NCBI GenBank assembly: GCA_965178125.1
Contig: OZ237776.1
Coordinates: forward strand, 310,001 to 374,000
Source: Bilabrum cf. latius
Taxonomy: Eukaryota
DNA: 64,000 nucleotides
Direction of reading: 5' to 3'
Below, in pieces: positions 41,801 to 53,800 of this stretch. Within the stretch, counting starts at the first letter, position 1; each line of letters begins with the position of its first letter. Under the pieces are notes generated by a model. It worked only from the letters and a program-made list of their open reading frames with translations. It ran no database searches and was not told the DNA's origin. Made by a program: the position numbers and the translations under genes.

Positions 41801-44800
41801 ACAGCACACGAGACCCTATACCCTCTTCAATGCACACAGCTGCGGCGCTTCTTGCATCCGTGGTGATTTCACCCTCCGCGCTGCGAGTGGCAACGTCGTT
41901 CAGACGGTCGTGAAATGCCGCAGGCCAGTCGAACGCGGCGACAGCAACGACGTCTCTTGGCCCTGCATCTACCGACACACTGGACTGGTACCCCGCCCAG
42001 TCACTCCTAGTTGGCACATGGACCTGTGACTCGGCCTCATGCGTTGAATTACTGTCCGTGTGTGTCAATTTCTTGACCATGGCGTGGATCGCAAGCATTT
42101 CTTCGTCAGTGTAGCGCCCCTTCGCAGCCTGTGCATGTGCAAACACAGAATCGGCGGTGGCATCGACAAGAAGAACCGCATCGAGAGACCCATGCCCACA
42201 GCCAAGTGAGCTGCCGTTGATCCCCTGTCGGGCTAGCAGGCTGCAGGGCACTGCAACAGAGGCACCTGTCGCACCCGCACTTCCAAGCTAAAGCTCTAAT
42301 TCATTACCAGGAGGGTCGGCCCAGGCACGCACCTCGATCCTTGCATCAATTGTGACGCTGCGAGTCATCCAAGCAGCAACAGCTGCATGCGTGGTGGTGT
42401 ATCCCGGAAGCCGAGCCTGGCTGGGCTGAGGCCTGACCCCTTTAGCCGAGTTTGATAGCCTAGACAGGCTCTATCCGACTGATGAATCGAACGAAACTAG
42501 TTCGATGACACTGTTTTTGTGAATGTTGAGATGGTCAACTCCCTGCGTGGCTATAATCGCCCTCGCTCTCACCGGCCTCAATCGCATGCCTCGCTCCAAA
42601 TTCAATTCGTCGACTTCGTCGATGAGACGGTGTCTGGAGACCGGAGCCGATACCCCTATCAGAATGCTTTGGGAAATGTCAGTCCGCTACTGCTTATTAT
42701 TGGCTTGTGAGCCGTACTAGCACTGTTCTATTCCAACCAGTGATATGGCAGCTCCAATGCCAGGGGCATGCGATGCCCTTGATCCAGTCGGCTGGTGGCA
42801 CACTCCTCCCCTCCGAACTAAAGTGGGGTCGTGCGGCAGTGCAAGCGCAGCGGCACCACCCACGTCGCCTGTGCTACTTGGCATTCCACCCATCCATCCA
42901 GCTTTCCAGAGCGGGATGCCTTGCATGTCGGCACCACGGACAGTCATTCTCGACCTGCCCACCACCGCGATCAATGTGGGCGAGGACAAGAATTGGTCAG
43001 TGTCATCCTACACGGCTTGAAGCATGCGCTGCCATGTCAGAACCGATGAACTGTCATCCTGCGATCCGTCGCTAGATATGTTGTATGGGTCAGAACGCCA
43101 CTGCCTATCTAGCGCCGCGCGTAGTGAAGCATCACGGGGAGTCTCCTCTTGCATCCCAACCGGCACCGGCTCCTGGTGTACGACTCGCACTGATTCGCGA
43201 GGGTGCATCTGTCTTGTACGTGGGCGATTGTACTCCACTGTAAGCCCTTCACCTATCAAAGAGTGCACTGCAGCTGGACACCCTTCCCTCTGCATCCCGC
43301 TGCGAGTGCCAGCGCCCGCAGCATATCCTGCAGCGCTCCTGCCGTACCATGCCACCGCGGGCGCGCTCTGTATACCGTTTGAAAGATGAGCACATCCGGC
43401 AGGTCCGCTGCAGCTTGCTACCCTGGAATCGTCAAAAGTAATATCAAGCGGGTGCACATGCTCCTGGAAGGTCGGCCATGCGTGTTCCGTCAGGCCCTGG
43501 CGCCTGATATCGGTAGTGCTGGTCTCTTGTGAATCAACCGTGTACCGAATGAATGCAAAGTTGCGTATATCCGAACGAATGTCGGAGGCCGACCGAATGA
43601 ATCGCAACGCCAGCAGCAAGATTGACTCGCTCCCGGATCCCCTGGCTCTCTCCGCAATGCAGTCAAACATCAGCTTGCCGCTGTCTTTGACATGCTCTCG
43701 CACCAAGTCGCACCTAGCAGGATGCAATGTCCAGCCATACAAGTAGGCACTCTGGATTGGTCCATGGTCACGTTCGAATAGAAGGTTGCTGGAAAGCCTA
43801 AATTCAAACGTGAGACGAATGGTGTACATCCTTTCTGGTCGAAGAGCTTGACGGAATGTGTCGCCAGCGACTGCGAACCAGTCCCATCCGAGTCGCTCAG
43901 TGGCATTCATGGCAATCAAATTTGGTTCATCCAGCTTGATAGCCGGGTATCGTGTAGTATCACTTGTAACACCCGCAATGCGAAAAGGGCCCGCCGCGAT
44001 GTACCTCGGATCCTGACGCTGGATGCGACTAGAGGGTGCATACGACACGCAGCTGCGCCACATGGGCTGCCTTGGTCTGGTCATGCTTTGCAGTACACTC
44101 CGTCGGGTTTGCATGTCCTATTGAGTTGCTAGATCGGATGCATTTTGGGATAACAATGTCGCCAGCCCACGAGGCTTCGGCATGTAAGTCACCCCTAGCT
44201 GCGAGCCGTACTGCTCTAGCAGCCCCAACTGCGACGCCTCAAATCGGCCGACGCAGTGCGCAGCACTTGCCATCATGTCGCTTTCGGGCGCAAGTGCAGC
44301 GGCATGCACACTAGAGCCAACTGCATTAACTATTTCTGATTGGCTCAGGGAGGCCACGAGCGCCGAGCAAAATGTCACTAGATCACGGCTTGTCTGTGAG
44401 GCAGCAAAGGTGTCCCAGTTGCCTGCTGGAGAAAGCATGTTCCTGGTCCACACGCCTGTGTCAACCCATGCCTCAGGTTCTAGATTGCTAGTTGCAGAGC
44501 TAGAAGCTAGAGATCTACTGAGTCTGGCATGTGCAGCCACTGCTAGGGGCGGGAGGCGCGAGGCTGGAGCAGACCAACCCTTTGCTTGCGCATCGCTTGC
44601 GTCCATCCCAAGGTGTTCTATCGCGTCCAATAGTCTGCCTACTTCTACTAGGCTGCTAGCGATATCATGCATGCCTGATGCAGTCGATAAAGCGGTCATC
44701 TAATGTCTATTTGCGGGGGACATCGTCTCTACCAAACCCGCAGCAATGCCCCACTGGGCTGCAGCGACGATGGGGGGAAGCTGAAGACACGTGCGTCTGT

Positions 44801-47800
44801 GCTAATGCGGGCCCACTAGGCAGGACGGGCTACCAGATCGAAGGAAGCCACGCCTACTAAGATGATCTGATAGCACTGCAATGGCAGTCCTGTAGGACGC
44901 AGGCGATTTAGATGCAGAGGCTGATGAGGTTGATTGCAACGCCGACTAAGCGAAAGGATGGGTAGACCAGGACTCGCCGCTCTAGTCCTGAGGAGTTCCC
45001 GACGCCCTCCCAGCTGCAGCTTGAAGAATAGAGCTACTATCTAATGGCGATACCATTCGGGAGCTTGGCGAGACACCAGCAGTCACGAAGCCAACATGGT
45101 CCACAAACATCCGCCATACTCCGCCTGTGTACTCATTCTGCTGACCCACCCCAACGAACAGGATGTCCGCACATGGTCCGCCGAACTCGTTCGGCTCGGC
45201 ATACGGTGTGTTTTCCATTGCCTCTTGGATGTCTACTACATCCCGTCGCGTCCTTGATCCGTTTGAAGGAAGCATAGGGGCAACCATGGATAGCGCGCTT
45301 GGGTAAGACCCGGCCTCGTGGGTTGGGGCGGCCTCTAGCCTTTGCCCGGCTTTCACATCCATTGCTCGTATAGCTAGCAGCTCCAATGCGGCGCCGTCGT
45401 AGGGTTGAGCCTTAAATGTAATACCGGACAACATTCCATGAGGAGCCATTGCGACGATTGCTGCCCTCTCATTTCCTGCCAGTGCTGGCCCACACAGCCC
45501 CTCATGGTTGGAACCAGCAAATGGAGACGTGTCGCCTTCACCCTAGAACATCTAACGCCTCGCGACAAAATCATCCGCACCTTGACGAACAGTCTTGAGT
45601 GTCTCAACCCGGTCAACATCTGTGTGTTGAACGAGAACTGTTGATGTACCCCGTTCCAAGAAGTCCTCATCGAGCACGACGTGAGAGGCAAGAGCCAAGC
45701 GCCCAACGATGCTCTCGGTCTGGCGCAATCTATAGCCACCAGCATCCGCTAGGATTGATTCTGTATGATCCCACTATACTTGATTGCAGACATGCGTTGG
45801 CGTACTGCTATTGCCAACAGTGGCGTTCGGTACGGACGAGTTGCGCTCGCAAATCGGCTGCAGCTTCGTGATACTGCGCCGATCATTGCGAATATCAACG
45901 AACTGCACGCTATTACTGCCACTGTGCTCGTGCGAGGATGCGTGCTACTGGTGCGCAGCTTCGATTACGCCCATGGCAAGCCGCTCAAACAGAGACCAGT
46001 TGCCATTCCGGAGGGAGTCTTGGAGGTCGTCGTGGTCCCACGTCACCGATACTTTGGAATCGATGATGCCATATAGCAGCGGTTGCAACACTAACGATGC
46101 CGGTGGAGTGTTGTGAACTAGCTCAACATCACTGATGTCTACCCAACCGGAACTTTGCACCACTCCGTCTGATAGACAGGATGGTACTCCGCTAATGTTC
46201 CGTTCAAAGTTTACAGCGGAGCTCCCGGTACCGCCACTGCCGGCAGCAAGTACAACTCCAGCTTGCGCTTGCCCAGGACACTGCCTCGAGGCCTGTTCGA
46301 CATATGTTAGCTCACCACGCTACGCGCGCGACTCTTCGAACGAGAAGAACTCGGCTTCTTGGGCAGCTCGTTGCAGCGGGCCAGACCCAAACGTGTCGTC
46401 CTCGCTGCCGCTGGCCCAGCTTGGCCTTGCATTTCCATTCGAATACTTTAGGAACGTTCGCGGAGACAGCTGCGGGTACGCTGCATGCGCCCCAATAACC
46501 ATGATGCCAGGTGTCGCCACGTCCATCCGCACTTGTTCTCCGGCTGCTGCCCCGTCTCCCACAATGACACGCGCGTCCCTTATACCCGCCGCCCACGCGG
46601 TGGCAGCTCCAACTGACCCACAAATCACTGCAAAGCCCGCCTCACCAAACACAGACCCGGTGCCAGCCAACCGACTGCTAAACCCTATGGACGAATGCGA
46701 ATCAAGTGCGTCTGATACATTGTAAATTTGTTGCACTTGTCCATCCGTCTGGTGAGGTATCTGGGCTATGGAGTCTAGTCGAGCCAGCTCACGCACGCTG
46801 TGACCTGCAAAGTAGTCGCCAGGCATGATTCTGCCGATAAACTGGCCGTACGATCGGCCTGTCGTCAAGCTATCAGGCAGCATTTCATGGACCTGGGTCT
46901 CATTAGCGCGCTGATATCTTGTCCCTGCCGGTCCGCGCGCTGCCAGGGCGGTGCCGTCGCTCAAAATGATATCGTATCCAGAAGGAGCCGGCATGCATCT
47001 ACTATGATACTCGTTTAAATCTACCGCATGAACTTCAGTGGACAGTCCTGGGGAAGCTAATTGAGCGAGCTATGAAGAGTTAGAGATACCAATCACGAAG
47101 CTCGCTGCGGCTTCTGCTCCTGCAAACCCGTTCGATGACGTGCACGCTGGCGGCAACGACTGCAACACAGTGCCAATCCCTTGCGTGGCAACTGCGTCTA
47201 GACCATTCAGTCCATGCGGCAGACCGGTTCTACTTCCAATATCACTGAAGCACTTGCCTTCGCAGCAGATAACTCCTCCCAGCACAGTGGGGAGCAGAGC
47301 ACGGCCGCAAGCAGTTGCGCGATCCTCTGGTCGCATCGGCAGAGCCATGCCTTTGAGATACCCAGCGACTGCATTCTCAAGTACATTGCGCTTCGCGAAT
47401 GGCAGAGATTTCCAATGCGAGGGCGAGCCTGTTGAGCACGTTTGGTTCTATTCCAGAATTTCTCGAAGCGTCTGCGCCTGGGCAACCAGTCCGTTTGCCA
47501 CATCCAAAACGCTTCCGGCAGCTGCAACCGACCTACTACTGACATCCTTCGGCTACAAGCTTACTGGTGCAACGCCTGATGTTTGGAGTTGGAATGCTTG
47601 ATTTTGAGCGATGCATGGGGATACTGGGCGGCCTTCATCCCGCGATGACACGGTCCAGTGCTAGAGGTCATGCTAGCAGCCGCCGACATCAGCTCCATTC
47701 CAAGTGCCTAACCAACTGTCTCGTGAGTGTAGACGCATCTGCTATCGCTCCGTAAAGCCCTTGGAGTAGATACCTCTTGCTTCTGACGCGATTGCCAGCC

Positions 47801-50800
47801 TGCCAGCTAGCACAGTTTCCGTTGCCCTCGCTGTGAGTACTTCGATGCTAGACGATGCTCCGAAGCACTGGAGACTACGCATGCCAACTGATTGCTGCGG
47901 CGACTTTGGCGATGCACAGGCGACGTCTGCTCCCAATGTCCACCACTCGCCCATTCGCATGCTATCAGAGTGCGAATACCTCACGCTTCGTGCCACTGCT
48001 TCAGGGCTTGCGCGGCCGATGGGAAGCCCAGCAAATACGTCCGCTGACGGGCTTGTCATTGCCTAAGTGACGTTTGATGGAAGATATTGATTCAGCTAGA
48101 CTGAAAGCTTGGCTAGGCCTGCAGCGTGCTATCGTCCGACCCGGTCGCCTATCAACCCATCGTGCCAGTCCCGCACATCTTGTCCTGACTTGATAGATGC
48201 ATTCAAAAGAGACTGCACTAGCGGGTTTGAAGAAACAGCCACGCCGGTATCCATCCATTCCTTTGCCAGCATTCTCCCGGCTGCGTCTGCCACAGCTCCA
48301 GACTTTGCGTAGAGGATGCTTTCCCGCGCTGCTGGCCTACATGGCGCCGTGAGCTGCTCCATGGTTCCACTCGTGTCTGAGCCCCAGCAAATCGGACAGG
48401 TCCCAGTTGGCCGTAGCAGACCAGCATCGGCGGCACCTAGCTGGATTGCGGTGGCCCAAGCCGCATCGATGTCATCGCTGCCAAGCGTCGAGCTCGTGTT
48501 TGCTTGCATCGCTAGGGCAGGCCAAGCGCATGCAAATGTCTAGCTACACTTGAGTTTTCCGACGGGCAGAGCCGGGGTGAGCATGGTCATGTTTGAACCT
48601 GTTCGGCTATCCATTAACCTCTGGATGTCTACCGCAGAAACTGATATTTCTGGTGGAACGCTGCTTGCGATTCTCACTCCAGATGGCGCATGCGACCCGC
48701 GGTCAACGCTAGCAGTCTGAAAGCAATGCACTGCGCCAAGCTCTGACAAAGTACAGCCGAAGTCGCGGCCCATGCACACATCCACTGGGGCGGGCAACTG
48801 CACTTGGCTGGTCGATGCACGGGCGGTGGACAGGTTCAAATTTGGCTCTGGAAACTCCGCGACAAACACCGCAATCGAGTCGTTGGTGCTGCGAGTATAG
48901 CTAGGGCTGGACGCTGCAGCAGGGCTGCTGCTTGGCGACTCAAACATGCTGCTGGGCACGGGGACAGACTGGATTGCAAGCGACTGGTTGGTAGAATCCA
49001 GCGGACCTCCGCCGATCGCAAGCTTACCAACGACCTTGCCAACAGCGTCCGTATTATGGTGCGGGTCCAGCTTCGTGGAGGCGCTTGGAACCATTAAAGT
49101 CATGCGGATGCCAGCAGATTCAGCTGCTGATTGCCTTCCAGACGTAGAGTTTCCTGGTACTCCAAGAATGACGCGGCTGGCCAGGTGATGAACTGTGTCA
49201 CGAGAGCCAAAGCAAGCCAGTATTCTTCTGAATCGAACCTTGCCGATAAAGTGGTTCCAAATTGCATCCTCTGGGTTTATCATCTGGGCTGCTGCGTTAG
49301 TAACGATGTCAGGGAAGCTGGATAGCGGCTGCGTATTGCTAGCATTGAACATGAAGTTCAAGCTGCGAGCACTATCTGGGTCTGCAATGCTACCCAAGGC
49401 ACATGCTGCCATTGGGCTTGCAGCTACTCGCATCGGGTGGAACCCACCGAGCTGACCAGAAGGCGCAACCGCAGACACGGAGTGGCAGCTCGTGCTGCCG
49501 CCCTCTTTGTACAGCAGCACGGTGCCTGGAATGTCCTCTCGAAACGGGTGCTTACCGGGGTGTGCGTTGACCAGAGTCTGCAATGGTCTCTGCAACGTGC
49601 CTCCGACTGAGACTACGCTGATCGGCTTGACCCGTCCAGTCGAGTTATCTCTCCATGTGTACTTTGACTCTTGTACTGAAAACCGGAGTGTCGGCACAGC
49701 GTGATCCAAGTGGTTAGCAAGCGCGGCGGGTAGGACCTACAAGCCCTGGAGCACCGGGCTTATGGATCCACTCTCGGTACCGTTCTCGCTGATTACGCTC
49801 TCACCGTGGCAGTGCAATCCAGCAGCAGATCCATCCCGACCCCACCTGTCTCCTCCAGTGGCTTGGCATACAAAATCATCCGTAACCGCCGCATCCAGAA
49901 CAGGAGAGGCCCGTGCCAAGGATGGAAGGGCGTTGTACATGCATGTGGATGTAGCGTCGCGCTGGTAGAGATCAGCGTGTAGCAGGGATGTGTTCGCCAA
50001 CGAAGGTTCATTGCTGGTGGTAGTGCTGCCATTTGCACCTCGACTGGCTAATTGGTTCACCTGCTGCTCAATCGAGTGGCGCATACCCTTTAGTCTGCCT
50101 AGCTTTGAAGTGGGAAGCGCAGCGTAGCATGCCAGCGATCTTGGGTGCACTCCATCATCAACATCGTAGAGCGGGGCTGAGTCAGTACCGTGAGTTTCTT
50201 GACTTGTCGCCCTAGCATAGCACACGACAGCACCAGACGCGTACACTGCAGTTGCCCTTCGCTCATGCCCTTGCAGTGCGTGGGTCGCGCCGCAAGCATC
50301 CAATCCTGCCTCCAGCTGGAGCGCCACATACTCCTCTAGCTTGGTGTAGAGCATATGCAGGCCGACATCGGCCTCTACTAGCGGCGATCGGTCTCCATTC
50401 GTCTGTCTTAGCAGTTTGAATATTCTGTCCTTGGCGACCCGAGCAGGCAGCGAAGGATCAGTTGCATGCCCAGGAGGCATCTCTACAAGCCCAGTCAACC
50501 CCTGTCCCGAATCAGAGCTGAGACTCAGTTGCATCTTTCTCAGCGTGGACTCCAGAATCAGCGTGGCCTGGCGTGAGATCGCGCTCACATGCATGGCAGA
50601 CGAGCTGTCGCGGGATGAATCCAGCTCTCCAAATGGGATTTGCTATCCAGCGTATGCAGTCGCGCACATGAGGATACCGCCGCGCTGCCGATTGGTGATG
50701 CTTGGCTAGGTCACGTACACAACCGCTGGCACTTGCCCAAGGACAGCGACAGGCTAGCTCGAAGACGCAACATGGACTCGTTGCGGGCTCTCCTCAACAG

Positions 50801-53800
50801 GAAGCTACTTCGTCGCGGCACCTGATACACTTGAATAATCCAGCAAGGTCGCAGGCCTTTCAAGCCGCGACACAGTCTCTGGATCCCCATACCCGCCGTC
50901 AATAGCAACGGTGTCGTGGTCTGCTGGAACTGCCGCTGCAGCAGCAGTGCGTAGTCCGCGGCCTTCGCATACCATGCCGCTGGAGGCAGGACCGATGCCG
51001 TCATTCGCTAGCATCGCGCACACGAACCCGGCCCCAACGGTCACCTTGACTGCTTTCCCTGCACCCTGCTCGACTCTCGCAGCGTCAGTCTGGGGCAACA
51101 GTGCTGCAAGCCGCTGGTTCAGTCGAGGCGCCGCCGCCAGCACCTCGTCGTCGTCTCCGAAGCACGCAACAGTGCCCCGAGCTGTAGCTAGGCATGCCGA
51201 AGCTAGGCCGGTTGCAACTTCAACAACGCGCAACCGATCCAGTGGGCTGTCTTTAGGTCCATCGTGTACATTTGACTCATTGAGATCGTCTGTGTGCGAG
51301 TCAACAGGCTGCCTGGATCCCGCACCTAGCTATCCTAGTTGATTTACCTACCGTTGCTAGGCAGTCGACACGACAGAAACGCTGCCAAGATGGACATTCC
51401 TGCCCTGCAGCTCGAGCGGATTCCACGGTTCAGGCATATGCGGGGATGTTTTAGTGTCTCCAGAGACAAGGTTAGCATTGAATGCGCATGGCTTTACCCC
51501 TAGCGTGACAGAATCTGGGTGACTTGCGTTTGCTCGCTGAGACGCGGCAGCACATAAATCCCCGCTCACTGCCCGCGGCCCAAGCAGGCTAGACTCTAGC
51601 CCTGACGAGAGGCAGCGAGTCGAATTGTCACCATTCTAGCGGGGTAAGGAGCGACGCGGCAGGTCCCAGCAGACAGCCTTTCCAGATCGTGTAGTGCCGC
51701 ATACGTGCGTGTTTCCGCACTGGATCGACGTGAGATCGACGTCGACACCTCTGTTAGCCAATTCGATCGTCGTTGAAGATCCAAATCGGGCTGTTTTCAT
51801 GGATCCCCAGCACACTATGAGTTGCTCTGGTCTCGATACTAAAGCGCAAAATGAAGTCAAGGTGGCACATATGTCAACCGCGTGGGTGCTATCCAGCTAT
51901 GGAACTCGCCGCAACAAGGGTGGATATACTTGCCGTTTATCGGCTCCAGCGAGCACCCCAAGCTGGGCCGCTGCTTCCACCCGCTAGTATGGAATGGCCT
52001 TTTCGAGGTGCTCATTATTGCGTCGTTGCGTCCAATGTCCCACAGTGCCGTTTGCAAACAGTACTGCGATCGATCCCCCGTTCCGTAAAACTGAAACCTT
52101 GCGTGCCGGTGAGATTGCTGAGTCTGGTATCGGCAGAAACTAGCCACTCAGGATATTTCCGCGTGTAATAGCATGTACGGGCACTCCACTAGGCCTCATA
52201 CTTTCTTCGGTTGCACATCGAACCCCTCCCCAAGCAAGAAGCCCGCAAACCAGGTCCCCCTCATTGGAAGTGCTCACGTGCACATACCCAGTGGCTGCGG
52301 CGGACTGTAGCGTCGCACTGGCCTCGCAGTCGAGCTAGCGCTGCCTGGATGAGCTAGTGTTCATTCCTGAGCCTATACACTGCCCTATACCTGTGTACTG
52401 ATTGCGGGGAGCATTTGAAGCTATGTAGCCAGGCTTGAGCGCAACCACTGATGAAACGGAAGTCCTCGGCGAGTGGCATCCAATGCAACCTTGACACCGA
52501 ATGGCCCTTGAGCTCGACTCTATGAAGCACATGTGCGCGCGGCCTGCAGCAAGTTTGTTCAATCGCGTATGGAGCCCGTGCGACACCCCGCGGGGCCACA
52601 AACGAGCTGTAGCTGCAGTGGAAGCAGAGGAAGGGGTCGTGGTCCTGCCGGCCGCGAATACTTGACGTCTAGATGGCCTGCCGCTTGAAACTGGCTCGTT
52701 CTATTCTGCGAGCAGTGGTACAGTCTGCGATAGTGTACTCTATTGAAGCTGCTTGATAGAGCGCTTTGCAAGGGCATCCGATCCAAATAACGTGTCGCTT
52801 TCATCGTCGCCGGACTCGGTGGGAGCGCAAACATGATTTCCTAGGTCCACTGCACCTGGACTCAAGCACTGCGGAGCGTGCCATGAGATTGAATAGGACT
52901 TGGCCTGATCGCACTGCTGCACTGAAAGTTCTTGGAGGTACTCGGATGTGTCTGCTAGACGCTCCTTGTCCTATGTAACCCACGGTGGCAATGACCAGGC
53001 CTGGCCTGATCCGCTGTACCGCCAGCCCTGCGACATCGCCCTGCCAGGTGCTGCAGGGTACAAGTACGTGCTCCCGCCGGTCTGCCACTCAATGGGATTT
53101 CGAAGCACTGTGGGCGCGACATGAACAAGCACTTGATCGTGAGCACCAAGCTCCCATGCGCCAGGCGGGGTATACGTCTGCCAGATGCCCGTGTTGTGCA
53201 GACCGCCAAGCAGTCTCACAACGGGCACAGGAACATGTATATCCATCGCGAGTCGTGCACGGCTTGCCTCCAATGCAGTTCCAGTTGCTTGCGTCTGCTG
53301 TAACAGCGGTAGGAGAGGTACAGAGGCAGAGGCGTCCCCTGCTGGCATGCACACCTGCTAGCCTGTTTTCGCCACGGCACCAGTTCGGATGGGGGCGTGC
53401 CCGGCTCCTGGGTTGCAGAAGTAGCAGCTGGTCCCAGCTTTCGTAGAGTATCGTTTACTTCTGGAATCGTATCTCGTGGAACTTTGCCTGTCCGAGTACA
53501 CGAAGTCTACGTTGCGGGCTGGCTGGTCGTCCAGGTCGGAGGCGCACCTGGGGCACCCAGGTGGCCTCGCCTGGCTGCTCCTCACGCCTGCCTATTGATT
53601 GCTGCACCGCGGACATTTGTCTGCACCTAATGATGATGATGTTCCGACATCGCAGGGGTTGCAACGTGTGCTGCCAAAATTGCCTTGGGACGTTCCGGGC
53701 TCACATGGGAGTGCCTGAGTCGCCTCATCGTTGGGGACGTACCTGCCTTTACCGGCCTCTTTGCAGCTGTTCTGCTTCACATTTGGCTGGTATGTCCCAG